Source: the human T2T-CHM13v2.0 reference genome, Homo sapiens
Length of the DNA stretch: 64,000 nucleotides
Reading direction: 5' to 3' (one strand)
Assembly (NCBI RefSeq): GCF_009914755.1
Contig: NC_060942.1
Shown here: positions 40,582-55,340 of the stretch, piece by piece
Layout: the number at the start of each line of letters is the position of its first letter
How positions within the stretch are numbered: the first letter of the stretch is position 1
Translations under genes and position numbers: made by a program
The notes under the pieces: generated by a model
Database searches by the model: none
Told to the model about the DNA's origin: nothing
Seen by the model: the letters and a program-made list of their open reading frames with translations, nothing else

Positions 40582-41674
40582 TCCAAATCTATTTTTAAAC
40601 TTCCATGATAGTCATCATAATAAAGTCAATCTGTATCTATAGAATAAATTGTGATCTAAATGAAAAATGTTATTTGTCATATAAGGCATCCCAATAGAGT
40701 ATCTCTTACAGCCTGTAGAAATTTCATCTTTTTCTACTCAGCTTAAAAATATACAAATACAGGCATTAGTCTTCATGCCATAAAATTTCATGAGAGTTGA
40801 AAGCCTTCAGAGAACACACTGAATGTTTTTGACCAATGTCTACATTTAAGGAGTTGAAAAAAATGAATAACTGAAGTTGCTCTTGGAAGCCATTCTGGTT
40901 GAGGGCAAATCTTAAACAATGAAAAATGATAAACCAAAGCAACAGATACAAAATAACAGACAAGTTTTTAATTGTACTACAATGCAGCTTACTGCTAGGT
41001 AGAAAAGTGCCTGGCATATGATAGGTGCTCAAGAAATATTTGATGAATAAGTGAATAAACGGAAAATGATATTACTTTTATTGCTAAAATTTTTTTTTTG
41101 CAACATGGCTGCAATACTAGTTAAAAGTGACTGAGCTGGTATTATATGTAGAGAGTACATAAAAAATATTTTAGCAATGAAAATAATTCAAGGACCTAGT
41201 ATCAAACGCATCACAAGTTTAGCAAACAGGGATATGCAAAATGACTAATTCCCATTAAAATCTCCCATTAGAACAGACATACATGCAGTAAGCATCACAC
41301 AAGGGCCACAAAGTCCCTGAAAACAGTGATTTCCAGATTTCACAGATTGGTAGGACAGAATTATTGAACATCAAATGATGCTAGACATGGCTACTCAAAT
41401 CATCCATAATGGTTTCTGAATAGAAGCTTTTCAAGAGTGGGCCCCTTCCAATTCTTTTGTTTCCCCAAGTCTTCCTTTGTTTCTTTTCTTCTTCAAACTA
41501 GCTTAAATTGGGCTTCTGTCAATTGAAACAATAAACCAACACTCCAAATTAGAAACATTAATACTATAAATCTGATATAAAAATTTACATACAATCTTGT
41601 TGAAAAATAAAATTTAATTTTTCCTCATTTGAAGTTTTAAAATATACCCAACTTAAAAAATTTTAATATCTATT

Positions 41675-41959
<285 letters not shown>

Positions 41960-42256
41960 CTACTGGTATACACTTGTTTTTGAGAACTGTCCAAGATCAT
42001 GTCCTTTCTACTTGTTTTAAAAACCTTTTTTAAAAAAAAATTCCAAAAGTAATAGATCTCTATATATAATGCTCTACAAGTAGATATTTAAATGACTATA
42101 TATATATGATTTCTATGAATATTTCTATGTATGTGTTTATATATACATATATATGTGTGTGTATATATGTGTGTGTTAGGGGTGCCCTACAAATAATAAT
42201 TCATTTAATTCTCACAACAAACCTTTGACGTGGGTACTATTATTATTCCCAACTGA

Positions 42257-42680
<424 letters not shown>

Positions 42681-43594
42681 TAACAGTTGCTTTCCTACTA
42701 TAATATAAACAGAAAATCCTTTTGGCCATTTCCATTGGTCATCTGCAGGAAATAAGGCTGTGCCAGAGATCTCAAGGATTCCACTTCGCTAAAACGTAAT
42801 TCAATCTCTCTTCTTGGCATCTTGCTCTCCGGGCCAAGCAAGAAGGCCAAATTCTTCTATCTTAACCACTCAAAAAGTTAGGGCCACCTTTTCTCCATCC
42901 ATGGGGAATGTTTCTAGTGGAGAATGTGTGGAGCTAGCATGGATCACATGCAAAAGGGAATGCAGCAGTGCACTGGCCAGGTCTGGGTCACCTGCCTATC
43001 ATTTAGCCAGGGAACAGATGGCTCCTTGTGTTGACAGCCCCAAGTCATCCCCACAAAGGAGTGAGGAGCAGTTCTCCAAAGCAAGTGGGGGAGGGGCTGG
43101 TCTGAAATGAAAGATGCACACAATAAAAGCTCCCACTGTGAGCTCAAACCTCTTGATTGAACTTATTTCAGTTCTTCATTTCTAATCATTCATTTGTGGC
43201 AGAAAACCCAGTTTTAACACAGACATGCCATATTTCAATTTATTCAATCTAAAACGACAGGCAAAAGTGAGAGAAGCTAAGTGACAAAAGTCCCCTCTAC
43301 CCTGATCCCTGATGACCTTTCTTACATTTGCTCCAAGCTGGACCCAAGTAGAGCAGGCCCCTGACAGCCCAGCAGCCACCCGCTCTGAGCTGGTCAGTGT
43401 GGTGCCCAGACAGCCAAAGCAACCAGGAGTTATCCAAGAGGCGTGCCATGGCCCTAGGAAAGCGCTCACAGACGCCAGCACTGGGATTTTGAAACAAACT
43501 CTACAAAGAATAGTAATATTAATAACACACAGTAACACAATGAGGCCAGCTTTCCTACAATTCCCATTTTCTATATGCACTAATATGCACATAA

Positions 43595-43720
43595 ACATCA
43601 CATAAATCCAATGAGGCTAGTATTACTATGCACACTTTACAGGGGATGACACTGACATTAAGTGATACTAAAGAACTTGCCTATGGCTGCAATATTAGTA
43701 AGTTACTGAGCTGGGATTAT
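43595..43720 (-). mobile_element. MIR fragment
   Basis: aatccaatgaggctagtattact...tttacagggg...aacttgcctatggct...gtaagttactgagctgggatt. Confidence 0.7.
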
Positions 43721-45624
43721 ATGTAGAGATTATATAAATTTATAATGATAACACTGCATATCCCAAATCTGATCTAAAACTTCCACAATGATTATAACAC
43801 ATATGATTATTATAGACATATTATAATACATATGCATAGTTATTATGTAATATATGAAATGAGAATTAACAAATATCTTCTCAGAACTTGGAGTTATGAA
43901 GAAAATGATATTAGAGAATGCATTCTCTTTCCATTGTTAGTGAATATCTAAATTGATATTGAGATATTCTTCTCCACCATTCAAACAACTTGTTTTATCA
44001 GGCAGATGCATAAAAATAATTGCAGGAACCCTTGTACTTCCATCTGAGAAGATGTCTTCTATTGGAGAAACAACCAATGCAAATTTAGTGCTTATAAGGA
44101 TGGTAATGATGCTGGTATTTCTACTGAGAAATTTGCCACCTCAGTCTCTTTGCAGTATCAGATAAAAGGCCACCAAGAAACGAGACAGCTCTATCAGGCA
44201 ATTCCATTTTACAGAAAACCATAAAAACAATTATCTATGTCATTAGAGACTCTTTAAAAAGAGCTTCAAAACATCCAATTTGCTGTTCCAGGCCTGAGAC
44301 ATAATCCTGACTGTCCATGCTAAAGAGTAATAACATCCAATTGAGAACAGTTATTATCAGACATCCTAAAATCAGTGAAATCAAATACAGATGGAGCCAA
44401 AGAGGAGAAGCGCCTGTATTTCTTGGTCAAACTTAATTCACGTGGATCATCACTGAGGTAGTTCACAAGAAATGATTATGGAGGGTCCAGATGTCCCCAC
44501 ACCTTCACTTATTAGAAAATATCTAAGTTGACATCTTCTTTACCACTCAATCAACTTCCCTTTATCAACGAGACACATTCAAATCATTGCACTGATCTGA
44601 GTGCCTCCTCCAAGAACAAGTTTCCACTGACATCAGGAAGAAAGGACTGTAACTGACTATAAATTTAAAAATGAAGAGAGACCATTCGATTTCACCAATA
44701 CCTACTGAGTACCTGGAGCTAAAGAAAAATCTCTGCCCTCCTAACATGTAGACAGATTCTCCCCAGATCTCTGCCCTACCAAAATGCATACAGATTCTCT
44801 GACTGGAGAAAAATTCAATTTTCAATTAAAAAAATAGAAATAAGCCAGCAATGGAAGCTTTCTTGTGAATGAGAAATTCTTCAAAACTAAGTTATAAATG
44901 ATGTTGCCAATAGAAAACCACCAATATCTATCTTTATACTTCAGAATAATTTCCTACAGTGGTCCAAATGAAAAATTATCATTCGTGTTTCTTTAATTAG
45001 CATGCACACCTAATCAAACTCTCGCTTATCTACTTGGTGCTTAACTGAAGAGCTCAGAATTAAAAACCAACTGCACTTTGATTTTCCCAGCACTGAATAG
45101 AGACAGTGAAAATGAGAGGAGTACGAATTATTTTCCAAATTACAAGACAATAGAATATTCATTGGTTAAAAAAAAAAAAAACTGTTTACCTTAGACTGTG
45201 CTAAAATTGAAAGGGAACAAAGGGGCAGGCCAGATGGTATATCAGGGAAAGTATTAACAACGTGGAAGTGTTCATTCTTAAGGGGGAGAAATTATCCCAA
45301 AAAGCATAAAGAATCCCAAGTCCAAGTTAATTGAAAATGACCAAAACACAACCATCACCCTGAGCAGCATGACTCTCATTGCTCGGTGGGGTAAGGTCTT
45401 AGTCCAGCACACACTGATTCTCTCGTATCCCAAGAAGCTCCTGCAGTCAGCACAGGCAAGCTCTTCTCATCACGGAGTCTCACATTTTGAAGTTATATTT
45501 ACAATTTAAAGTTAAATCAATCTTAATAAAACCATACCTGCTAAATAAAATGTTAAAGACTGAGCTGCAATTTTCCCTCATAAATTCGTGGGATTTTTTC
45601 ACATTATATTTTAAACGACTCTTT

Positions 45625-46000
45625 CATTTGAGGATTTACTGAGCACCTACAGAAGTGCTGAGCAGTGTTCTAAAAGTTGGGTCTATGGCAGTGAACAAAA
45701 TGGATAAAAATCCTGTTGCCATGAAGCTGATATTCTGGTTGAGGGAGAAACACGAAAACATAAAATGTGTAGTGATATGAAGAAAAGTAATCAGGGAAGA
45801 GGAGCAGGTTTTGTAGGATGTTGTGGGGGTTGGGAGGAGGTCTGTGCAAGGCTACACTAAGCGGCAAAGGATGAAGAAAGGCATGGGAGCCAGCTGTGAA
45901 AACGCAGAGGAAGAATGTTCCAGGCCGAGGGCTCGGCAAGTCCAGTGCCTCTGAGGGAGAAGGGAGAAGCATGACTCAGTTCAAGGTTCAGTGAGGAAGC
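45625..46000 (-). mobile_element. L2 3' fragment
   Basis: tttactgagcacctac...gcagtgaacaaaatggataaaaatcctgttgccatgaagctgatattctggt...aagaatgttccaggccgaggg. Confidence 0.75.
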
Positions 46001-46321
46001 CACAAACCTTGCATAAAGCATCCAGTCTTCAACTAATAAGAAACACACCATAGAATACTACAGATATCAACATACCCAGATCTCAATCTGACTGTTAGAC
46101 AACAACAAAAAGCTACAGAAGGATGTGCACAGTATACTATTTTTAAAAATATAAACATTAAAAAAATACCACAAATAATTTAGTAATGCTAGAAATAGTG
46201 ATGTGGGAAGGAAGAAAGACACGTATGGTTATGAGAAACACAAATCCAGAAGAGTGGCCTCTTCTAAGAGGGAGAGAGGTGCACATGCAGAGAATGCAGG
46301 GGATTTAGCAATTTAGGGTTG

Positions 46322-46622
46322 TTTTTATTTTATTTATTTGAGACAGGATCTTGCTCTGTCACCCAAGCGTGGAGTGCAGTGGTGCAGTCATAGCTCACTG
46401 CAGCCTTGACTTCCCAGGCTCAAGGAATCCTCCCACCTCAGCCTCCCCAGTAGTAGCTGGAACTACAGGCACACACCACCACGCCTGGCTAATTTTTTTT
46501 AAAAATTTTTGTAGAGGTGGGGTCTCACTATTTTGCTCAAGCTGGTCTCAAACTCCTGAGCTCAAGTGATCCTCCTGCCTTGGCCTCCCAAAGTGCTGGG
46601 ATTACAGACCCTGAGCCCAGCT
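46322..46622 (-). mobile_element. AluJ
   Basis: J diagnostics: catagctcactgcagccttgacttcccaggctcaag, ggtctcacta, ctcctgagctcaagtgatcctcc. Confidence 0.92.
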
Positions 46623-46751
46623 GGGGTCACATTTTGTGCAGGCTGTGTATATAGGTCATCATCTTTTCAATCAACCCTTTTGTGTATCAGAAATATTTCA
46701 TAATATTTTTGTAAAATAATTTTCAACCCCATTCCTGCATCCACTAGCTTC

Positions 46752-47058
<307 letters not shown>

Positions 47059-47559
47059 TAGTTTCTTAATTAACCATTGGATTGAACTGAAGCTTACTGC
47101 TTACCTTTGAGTAATGGTCAATACAGCTGCACTATTTCTGCTCATCTGTGATCAAGAATATTCTACCACTGGTGGAATCATTTCCATGATCATGAGAAGA
47201 AAGAGAGCATATTAAGGGAATTAAACAGCTGTCATCACTGCCCTGGCACTGCTCCGAAACGACACATTAGAGCCTTTTATGATCTACAGAAAAGGGCTGC
47301 ATAAAAGAAAATACTGCAAATCTATGTTTAGTGCTTTAAGCTGAGCTGCCTGTCACAATTTTAAATACAGCCCCTCAGCTACATAGGAGGTAAACATTTC
47401 CAACAATGTCACCTTTGCCTCTCAATATACTTCTTTAAAAAATAAAACACGGTGGATAAAAATTACATCAAATACATACATATATATATATCTTACCTAA
47501 CCTACAGTGGCAAAGACATCTGTGCTTTGGTTTCTTCCTGAGCACCAGGTACCCCCGCT

Positions 47560-48073
47560 GTGCGCACCGCCCTCCTCTCAGCCCTAGCCCACTGCAGCCT
47601 GGCTTCCACCCTCAGAACACAGGGGGTTGAAGATGAAAGGGAAGCAGAGGTGAAAGAATCAGTGCACAAGCTTGGAAAACTGGTACTCCTCCTCCAAGCT
47701 CCTCATGGCGAACTCACCAACATCAGCGTGGCTAAATGCAAAGGCAGCATTGCAGCTCTCGTGTCATTTAAATGTTCAAGAACCACAGTGAACACTACCT
47801 CTTTCCAAATCACATTGCCCCAGCTCCATAGACCTTTTCCTCTTCTACTTCTCCCTTGCAGATTCTCTTTACTCTGCCCTCTCTCTAGTGACCTCAGCTT
47901 CTATGGCTTTCATTACCTTCCTATCTGGAGGATTCTGAGTCTTGATCTTTGAGCTGGACCTCTCTGGCTTGCTGGCTGATGCATGAAGGCTACTAGACAT
48001 GGGTTCTGAAATGTCCCACAGGAACTTCAGGACAAACTCCTGACCATGCCATCACCAACCCCACCATCAACTC

Positions 48074-48121
<48 letters not shown>

Positions 48122-49100
48122 CTCAGGGAACAGCAAGTGGGGCCATTCCCCTCTCCCTCACCTCCCACCATACCCAACATGTCACTAAGTCTCAAAATTC
48201 TACCTCCTAAACATTTTTCAAAGTATTCATTTTTCTCCATCTCTTCTACCACTTCCTTAGTTCAGATCATCCTCAATTCTTCCCTGGATAGTAACATTAG
48301 CACCATTTATTGGGTACTTATGTGCAAAGTACTTATATTTGGGGTTGCTGTATAGATTGATATATTGTGATATTAACTGTGACTTTTATTTTATAGAAAA
48401 AAAGTGAAGTTTCTAAGTTTAAACATGTGTCCTATAAGCATAAAGCTAGACTGCTATGGTGCCAGAAACTGTTAAGGAGTTCACTGAGTCATTCATGTAT
48501 TCCTTCAAAAAACACTCATTTTTACCATAATGATATATTGTCCTTCAAAAAAGTAAACTCCCTAGATTACTAAAAAAGCCATATTAAAAGTACATCTGAC
48601 CATGTCTTCCAACAAGGTAACACCCCTCACTGGCTCTGCCTCACCCTCAGGATGACATGGTGCACAGGGCCCTGAACTCTGACCCCAGCTGCCCCTAAGA
48701 CTCATCTCCCCCACTGCCCTCGGAGCCCATCTTACTCGTCAGCCACACGAATGTCTCCCTCTTTCCTCCTGGCCTCTGTACACGCTGGTCAGTCACCTCC
48801 GACACCCTCCTGTCCAGCCGACTCCAGACTCTATCCAGCTCTCCCCCTTCTCCACCGCATGGCTCCTGGTCATCTTTAGGTCTCAGGTTGGACACCACTC
48901 CCTCTCCGTCCAAAGCCACACACCCACAGCTGGTAGGTGAGCTTCCTTTGTGTGCCTTTCATGCCCCAATTCCCCATCACAGCACTTGGGAGGCAACAAT
49001 TAATTATGTCTGTGCTCAGGGTGACAGGAAGCCCCGCAAAAATGGGCGGTGACATTCATTTTGCTGGGTGCCTGGGTAGTGCTGGAAATATGTATGTACT
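47560..49100 (+). mobile_element. Fragmented L2 with intervening (TG)n and MIR pieces
   Basis: cactgcagcctggcttccaccctc; tcactaagtctcaaaattctacctcctaaacat; tctgaccatgtc...tggctctgcctcaccctcaggat. Confidence 0.6.
48078..48119. repeat. (TG)n microsatellite, ~20 units
   Basis: Uninterrupted tg run. Confidence 0.97.
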
Positions 49101-49598
49101 CAAGATATACTCCACTGTTAGGCAGACGGACGGAGGCACAGGCTGCAGAGCAGAGCATTAAGGAAATCAGACGTTCCTTCCCCTGAATGCTTTCCAGCTC
49201 TACTCCCTGACAACAGTGTCCATTATTTTCTCATGCATCTTACAGTTTGAAAAGTGCTTTCACATCAATTACACCATTTGATCTTCACAATAGTTCTGAA
49301 AAAAGAAGAGATGGCTGTTCTGCACATTTGTAGATGAGTGTATGTTTCTGAGAGGTTCACTGATGTGTTTTAGTCAAATCACAAATTCAAGCCTTTGGAT
49401 GTGTTTCTCATGTGTGACCATGAGATACTTCAAACGAGGAGGAGTTGTCACAGCCAAATTCTGGATTTTGGTTAGCCAGAATTGCAGTCAAAATTCAGAA
49501 AAGGGGCAGTTTAACATGGGTTAGGATCAGAGATAGATCCAGGTTTTTTAAGTGCCAAAGCTCTTGCAATTGGGAAACCTTTAAGAAAAAAGACTATA

Positions 49599-49915
49599 GG
49601 TTGGGCACAGTGGTTCACACCTGGGATCCCAGCATTTTGGGAGGATGAGGTGGGCAGATCACTTGAGGCCAGGAGTTCAAGACCAGCCTGGCCAACATGG
49701 TAAAACCCTGTCTCTACTAAAAATACAAAAATTAGCCAGGTGTGGTGGTGCATGCCTGTAATCCCAGCTACTCAGGAGGCTGAGGCACGAGAATCACTTG
49801 AACCTGGGAGGTGGAGGTAGAGGTTGCGGTGAGCCAAGATCATGCCGCCACTGCACTCCAGCCTATACAACAGAACAAGACCCTGTCTCAAAAAAAAAAA
49901 AAAAAAAAAAAAAAA
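49599..49915 (+). mobile_element. AluS
   Basis: Full Alu with a long poly(A); TSD-like aagaaaaaagactata / aagaaaaaggttata. Confidence 0.93.
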
Positions 49916-51971
49916 GGAAGAAAGAAAAAGGTTATAAAAGTCAAACTTTGGTGCAAACTTTGGAACATGATTCTGTAAGGAAGAAGTCCTGAAGTTTCAG
50001 CTTCATTAGCTTGAGGTGAGTCCACATGTCAGTGGAGCAGTAGAAGAAACTGAGCTTAGAAAAGAAAGAAGAGAATGTGTATTTTAAGTCAAAACACTAT
50101 TACAAGGAAAGGCAAGGTACAAGAAAAAAGAGTGGTAAGAGTAAGAACTATCTGTTTAGCAGTTAACTAGGGCCTGCCGTGTGTGAGGCACTGTACCAGG
50201 CTCAAAGACACAAAGATGATTAGACATGGTCCCTGCCTGGTTCCACTTACAATCTAGTATTGACACCACACTTGCAGAGAAGGGGTGCAAACAAAAAGAA
50301 AGACTTGGTAAAATGTTAAACATCCCCTAAATGATAGTATCTACAGGAGCATTCCACATGCCAAGTCTCTGGGCTCTGATTATGCTCAGTGTTCACTGGT
50401 ATTTGAAATCTTGTTTACTACTCATCCCCTTGTTTAAAATACAGTTTCCAGGGGAGTAAAACCTGATTGTTCACCACTGTAACCCCAGCACTGAGCACGG
50501 TGCCAGGTTCATAACAAGCATTCCGTAAGTATTTGTGGAAAAAACAAACAGATAAAAGAACAGAGAAAGGAACAAAACTTTACAAAGGCTCAAAGAGTCA
50601 CATTTTGGCACATGCCATCAGTCTCGTCTTTTCACTTTCAGTGTGTATCTCAGTACTTTGATGAGTCTTTTAACTATCACTGGTGCCAAATGAGTATCCT
50701 GCCTGGACAAATCTTAATTTCAAAGACACGCGTTTGACAACCAAGCAGCTGGGAAGAAACACTGGCAGTAAGCTTAAGGAGGAAACCAGGTCAAAAGATG
50801 GGTTGGTTTAATTTTGCTTGGTTCTTTATGCTGGGAGATGCTTGAACTAGAATATTTGGAGAAGAGATCATTCAGAAGCTGGTTTGAGTAGAGAAGACCT
50901 GGATTCATCTTGGGGGTCAATAAAGCATTCACTGAGATAAGGCGCCTAGGGGATTGTCCTTGATCTGAGCAGCACGAAGGCCCTTACACACTCTAATATG
51001 ACCGAATAAAATGCTTTACAGTTCTAGTCAGGAGAAGACTCAGACAAGGAGATCAAGCTGGAATCCAACTCTTAAATAAGAGCATGGAGAAATAAGAGGT
51101 ATGATGGTAAGTCAATAAAGCCATTAAATGTTTTAGAGGAACATTTTACTGGACACTGGGCAAAAAAAAAGAAATGAAATTTAATTTATTAATATATGTA
51201 TATTCACCCTTTGTCAAAGATCTTTTCACATGTCTTGTCTTAATGTGAAAACCCTCTCAGAGGTAACTCCAAAATCGCAATTTTTGATGACAACTGGGGG
51301 AGGTTCAATGAGGGGGAAAAAAGCCAACGTCTGAAAATGGTTACACAATTTATCGGGCTTGCTGCCTCTTTGCGCCAAGACACGGCCATGCTGTCAGAAA
51401 AGCTTAAGACCTTGAGGCTGAATGGCAACTACAGCTCCAAAGACTGAAGTTCCTTCTTGAATTTATCTCCGGAGTCTAAGAAACTGATGCAATTCAAATG
51501 TGATATACAGTGACTTTTGTTTTGTTGTCCCCCTATGTGGATTATGTGAGTGTGTGTGTCCTTCTCGGATATGAGCATAGGAAAAAATGCTAATAAATTA
51601 TAATGTAGTCTGACCATTTACCATTGATATGAATGTCACTAAACATAGCAACATTTGTAAAGAAAGCTTTTAATCATCTCAAGTTTCACATATATAAGTG
51701 AAGAACTTCATAATATCTTAAAAGTATCTGTAAGACCCACATAGCTCAGTATGATTTTGACCAGCAGGATCACATTTACTCATAGAAGCATCTCTTCTTC
51801 AAGGCCATTTTACTCTATTACCGATCACAAAGCAAGAAAATTAACCCCAACTGAAGACATATTAAGAGCTACGTACTTTCACTTAGATTCTTACTCAACC
51901 ATTCTGACCATTCTGCTACATAATTATCATTATCCCTATTTAATAGATAAGAAAACTAACCTTTTATCCTA

Positions 51972-52434
<463 letters not shown>

Positions 52435-52523
52435 TTATTTATATTATATCTTCTTTCCAGGTTAAACGCTCATTTGACAATAGTGAAGAAGCTGGAAAGT
52501 CATTAAGACAAAAGTCGTTAAGA

Positions 52524-52700
52524 CAGTGTGTCTCAAAATGTGGTCCTGGGACCACCTGGATCAGATTTCACCAAAGTACTTGTCGGGACATAAGGAGGTC
52601 TGGATCCAACTGCAGATCTATTAGATGATAATCCGTGGATTGGTCCCCAAAAATTCCTTTTTAATAAACTCATCAGGTAATTCTGTTGTATAACCACTGT
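52524..52700. mobile_element. MER5A-like hAT MITE
   Basis: cagtgtgtctcaaaatgtggtcctgggacc ... ttttaataaactc..caggtaattct...aaccactg termini. Confidence 0.7.
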
Positions 52701-53132
52701 GTCTCATTCTTTGCAAACCTCTACTGGTATCTGGAGTTTCATACTCAAAAAATTCTGCATTCTCATAGAGGGCCATCTTTTGGATTACGGGTTTTGTGGT
52801 GGAATGTCACAAAATTCTACACTCATCCTGAGGGTCATCTTTGGATCTTACAATTACTAAGACATGTCCCTAAAAACAAGCAAAGAGGACAACAGCATAT
52901 ACTACTGAAATGAGAAAACATGTACTATGTGTATACTCTCATTAGACTGGTTCTAGATGTCTTCAAACACAGATCTCATTTCAACCTGGAGGTAGGCAGC
53001 ATCGTCATCTGTTCACTCTGGGGAACCTTGCCTAGAGAAATAGAGTACTCCTCCCACAGTTACCTAGCTCAAGGTTAGCAGATGTTTCCATCTGTATCTT
53101 CTCTAGCTCTTTGTATTTTCTTTATTCTGCAA

Positions 53133-53481
53133 CAAGGATTCCCCACCACTGGGCCAAGGACAGTGGTGGTGAGCGGTGGGTGAGTCAGCATTACCACCTG
53201 ATCTCCGCCTCCTGTCAGATCAGAAGTGGCATTTGATTCACATTCTTGAGTGAGAATGTGAGAATGTGAACCGCACACGTGAGGGATCTAGGTTGTGCAT
53301 TCCTTCTGAGAATCTGATGATGTGAAGTGGAACAGTTTCTTCCTGAAACCATCCCCCACAACCCCCGTCCATGGAAAAACTGTCTTCCATGAAACCCCAA
53401 CCTCTGTGCCAAGGACAGGGCCACACAGCAGGAGGTAAGCAAAATGGAGGTCCTTGGTGCTAAAAAGGTTGGGGACCCCTG
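53133..53481 (+). mobile_element. MER1B (hAT-Charlie) with 8-bp TSD
   Basis: gcattaccacctgatctccgcctcctgtcagatcag, gagggatctaggttg, aaaaaggttggggacccctg. TSD ttctgcaa (53125-53132) / ttctacaa (53482-53489). Confidence 0.88.
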
Positions 53482-54688
53482 TTCTACAATATAACTCCCC
53501 CCAATGAATTACTGCTCTCATTTCAAGAATTCAGAGGAAAAGTTTTCCAGACTTCTTGAGCAGACAACCTAGTCAATCTCTATTTTCCAAGTCTTATACT
53601 TAGCCAGTAAGCATATTCCTTCTAAAGTTAATAAAAGTTGTCACTGAGTAGCACAAAATGGTATAAAACACCAAAATTCATCAAGAATAATTCTCTGTAA
53701 TGAAACTACCCAAAACTCCCTATATCTCTGGGATGTTAGTAACTCTAGGAAAAAATTACGTAGAAATATGCAACTGTCCGGGCCAGCCTGAGACCTCTAG
53801 ATGCCCCGATGGCATCATCTCACAGAAGCCTGGGTGCACCATTCCAGCTAGCACCACCTTCAGGATCATAAAGCTATTCTCCCCAAATTGGTGAATGAAG
53901 ACTGGATTCCAAGTAAATCCAAGATCAGTCAAAATCATGGGATTGTGAATAACATAACAGAGCAGCCCACATCCCTGACGAGGTGGCATAAAATCTGTGA
54001 ATGGAATATGACATTTGTTACCATTCTATTGTTGAGGACGAAGGAAGGGTTGGGAACTCAGAGAGAGATCAAAGGAAGCTTAATATTTTCCATCTCTGGG
54101 AGCCCAGTGACCCCGTACACCTACTAAACTATCCCAGACCCTGGATATTTTGATTCTGGAGAGTCTAGTTCAGGTCCAGACTGCTGCATCTGCTGTCCCT
54201 CGAGGCATGCCAAGAGGCACATGGGAGAATGATGGGCACCCAGGAACTCAGGTTAGGCTTTGCTGGATGAGCTCGCCCCTCTATAAAGAGATGACATTAA
54301 AATCTAAATTTAAAAAAGTCAGGAAATCTATGGTGAAAATTTGCTTGTTTTAGTTTGTTAGAACTCAATATTCACACACAACATTGAGATATACATAATA
54401 ATCATCAGAGATTTTAATTTTTTTAAATATCCTGTTTTACCACAAGCCTCCTGATGTGTATATTAGAAGAGAGTCATGAAGTGTAGGCAGCAAGCAGAAG
54501 GAGGCAGAGGGGCTGGACAACAAGGCTTCACATCAACACCATCATTAAGGTAATGATCCTTTATCAATATTGCACAAGACCAAAAGAAAATATTTATTTA
54601 CCATTAAAAATAATGATGTGGGTATAGATTTGCATGCATGAAAAAGCTCCTCCGAGACATACTGTTACATTTAAAAAAAAAAAAATTT

Positions 54689-55034
54689 GGCCTGGCGCGG
54701 TGGCTCACACCTGTAATCCCAGCACTTTGGGAGGCCAAGGCGGGCAGATCATTTGAGGTCAGGATCATTCGAGACCAGCCTTGCCAACGTGGTAAAACCC
54801 CATGTCTACTAAAAATTCAAAAAAAAAAAAAATAGCTGGGCAGGGTGGCGGTTGCCTATAATCCCAGCTACTTGGGAGGCTGAGGCAGGAGACTCGCTTG
54901 AACCTGGGAGGCTCACTTGAACCCGGGAGGCAGAGGTTGCTGTGAGCTGATATCGTGCCACTGCACTCCAGCCTGGGCAACAGAGTGAGACTCTGTTCTC
55001 AAAAAACAAACAAACAAAACAAACAAACAAAAAA
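54689..55034 (+). mobile_element. AluS with an internal 19-bp duplication and (CAAA)n tail
   Basis: Full Alu; duplicated ctc(g/a)cttgaacc(t/c)gggagg at 54893-54930. Confidence 0.93.
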
Positions 55035-55124
55035 TGGTTACATAGAAGTATTTAAGACAGAAGTCTATTCATGTAAAATATTATGTAATCTACATATGAG
55101 TCTGTATATGTACAAAATGATGCT

Positions 55125-55340
55125 ACTGCTATTTATGAAGCACTTGTGATATACCAGATACTGTGCTCAGTGTTTGCATGTATTACATCATTTAATCCTC
55201 ATATCCTTCAGATATAAGCATTATGCCCATTTTATAAACGAGCAAACAGGCTCTAGGAAGTTAAAAGAACCATGCCACATAGTTATTAAATAGCAAGGCC
55301 GAGAGCCCAACCCAGGTGTGTCCTATTCCACTCTGATACG
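55125..55340 (-). mobile_element. MIR
   Basis: atttatgaagcactt...tcatttaatcctcat...cccattttataaacgagcaaacaggctctaggaagttaa. Confidence 0.75.
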
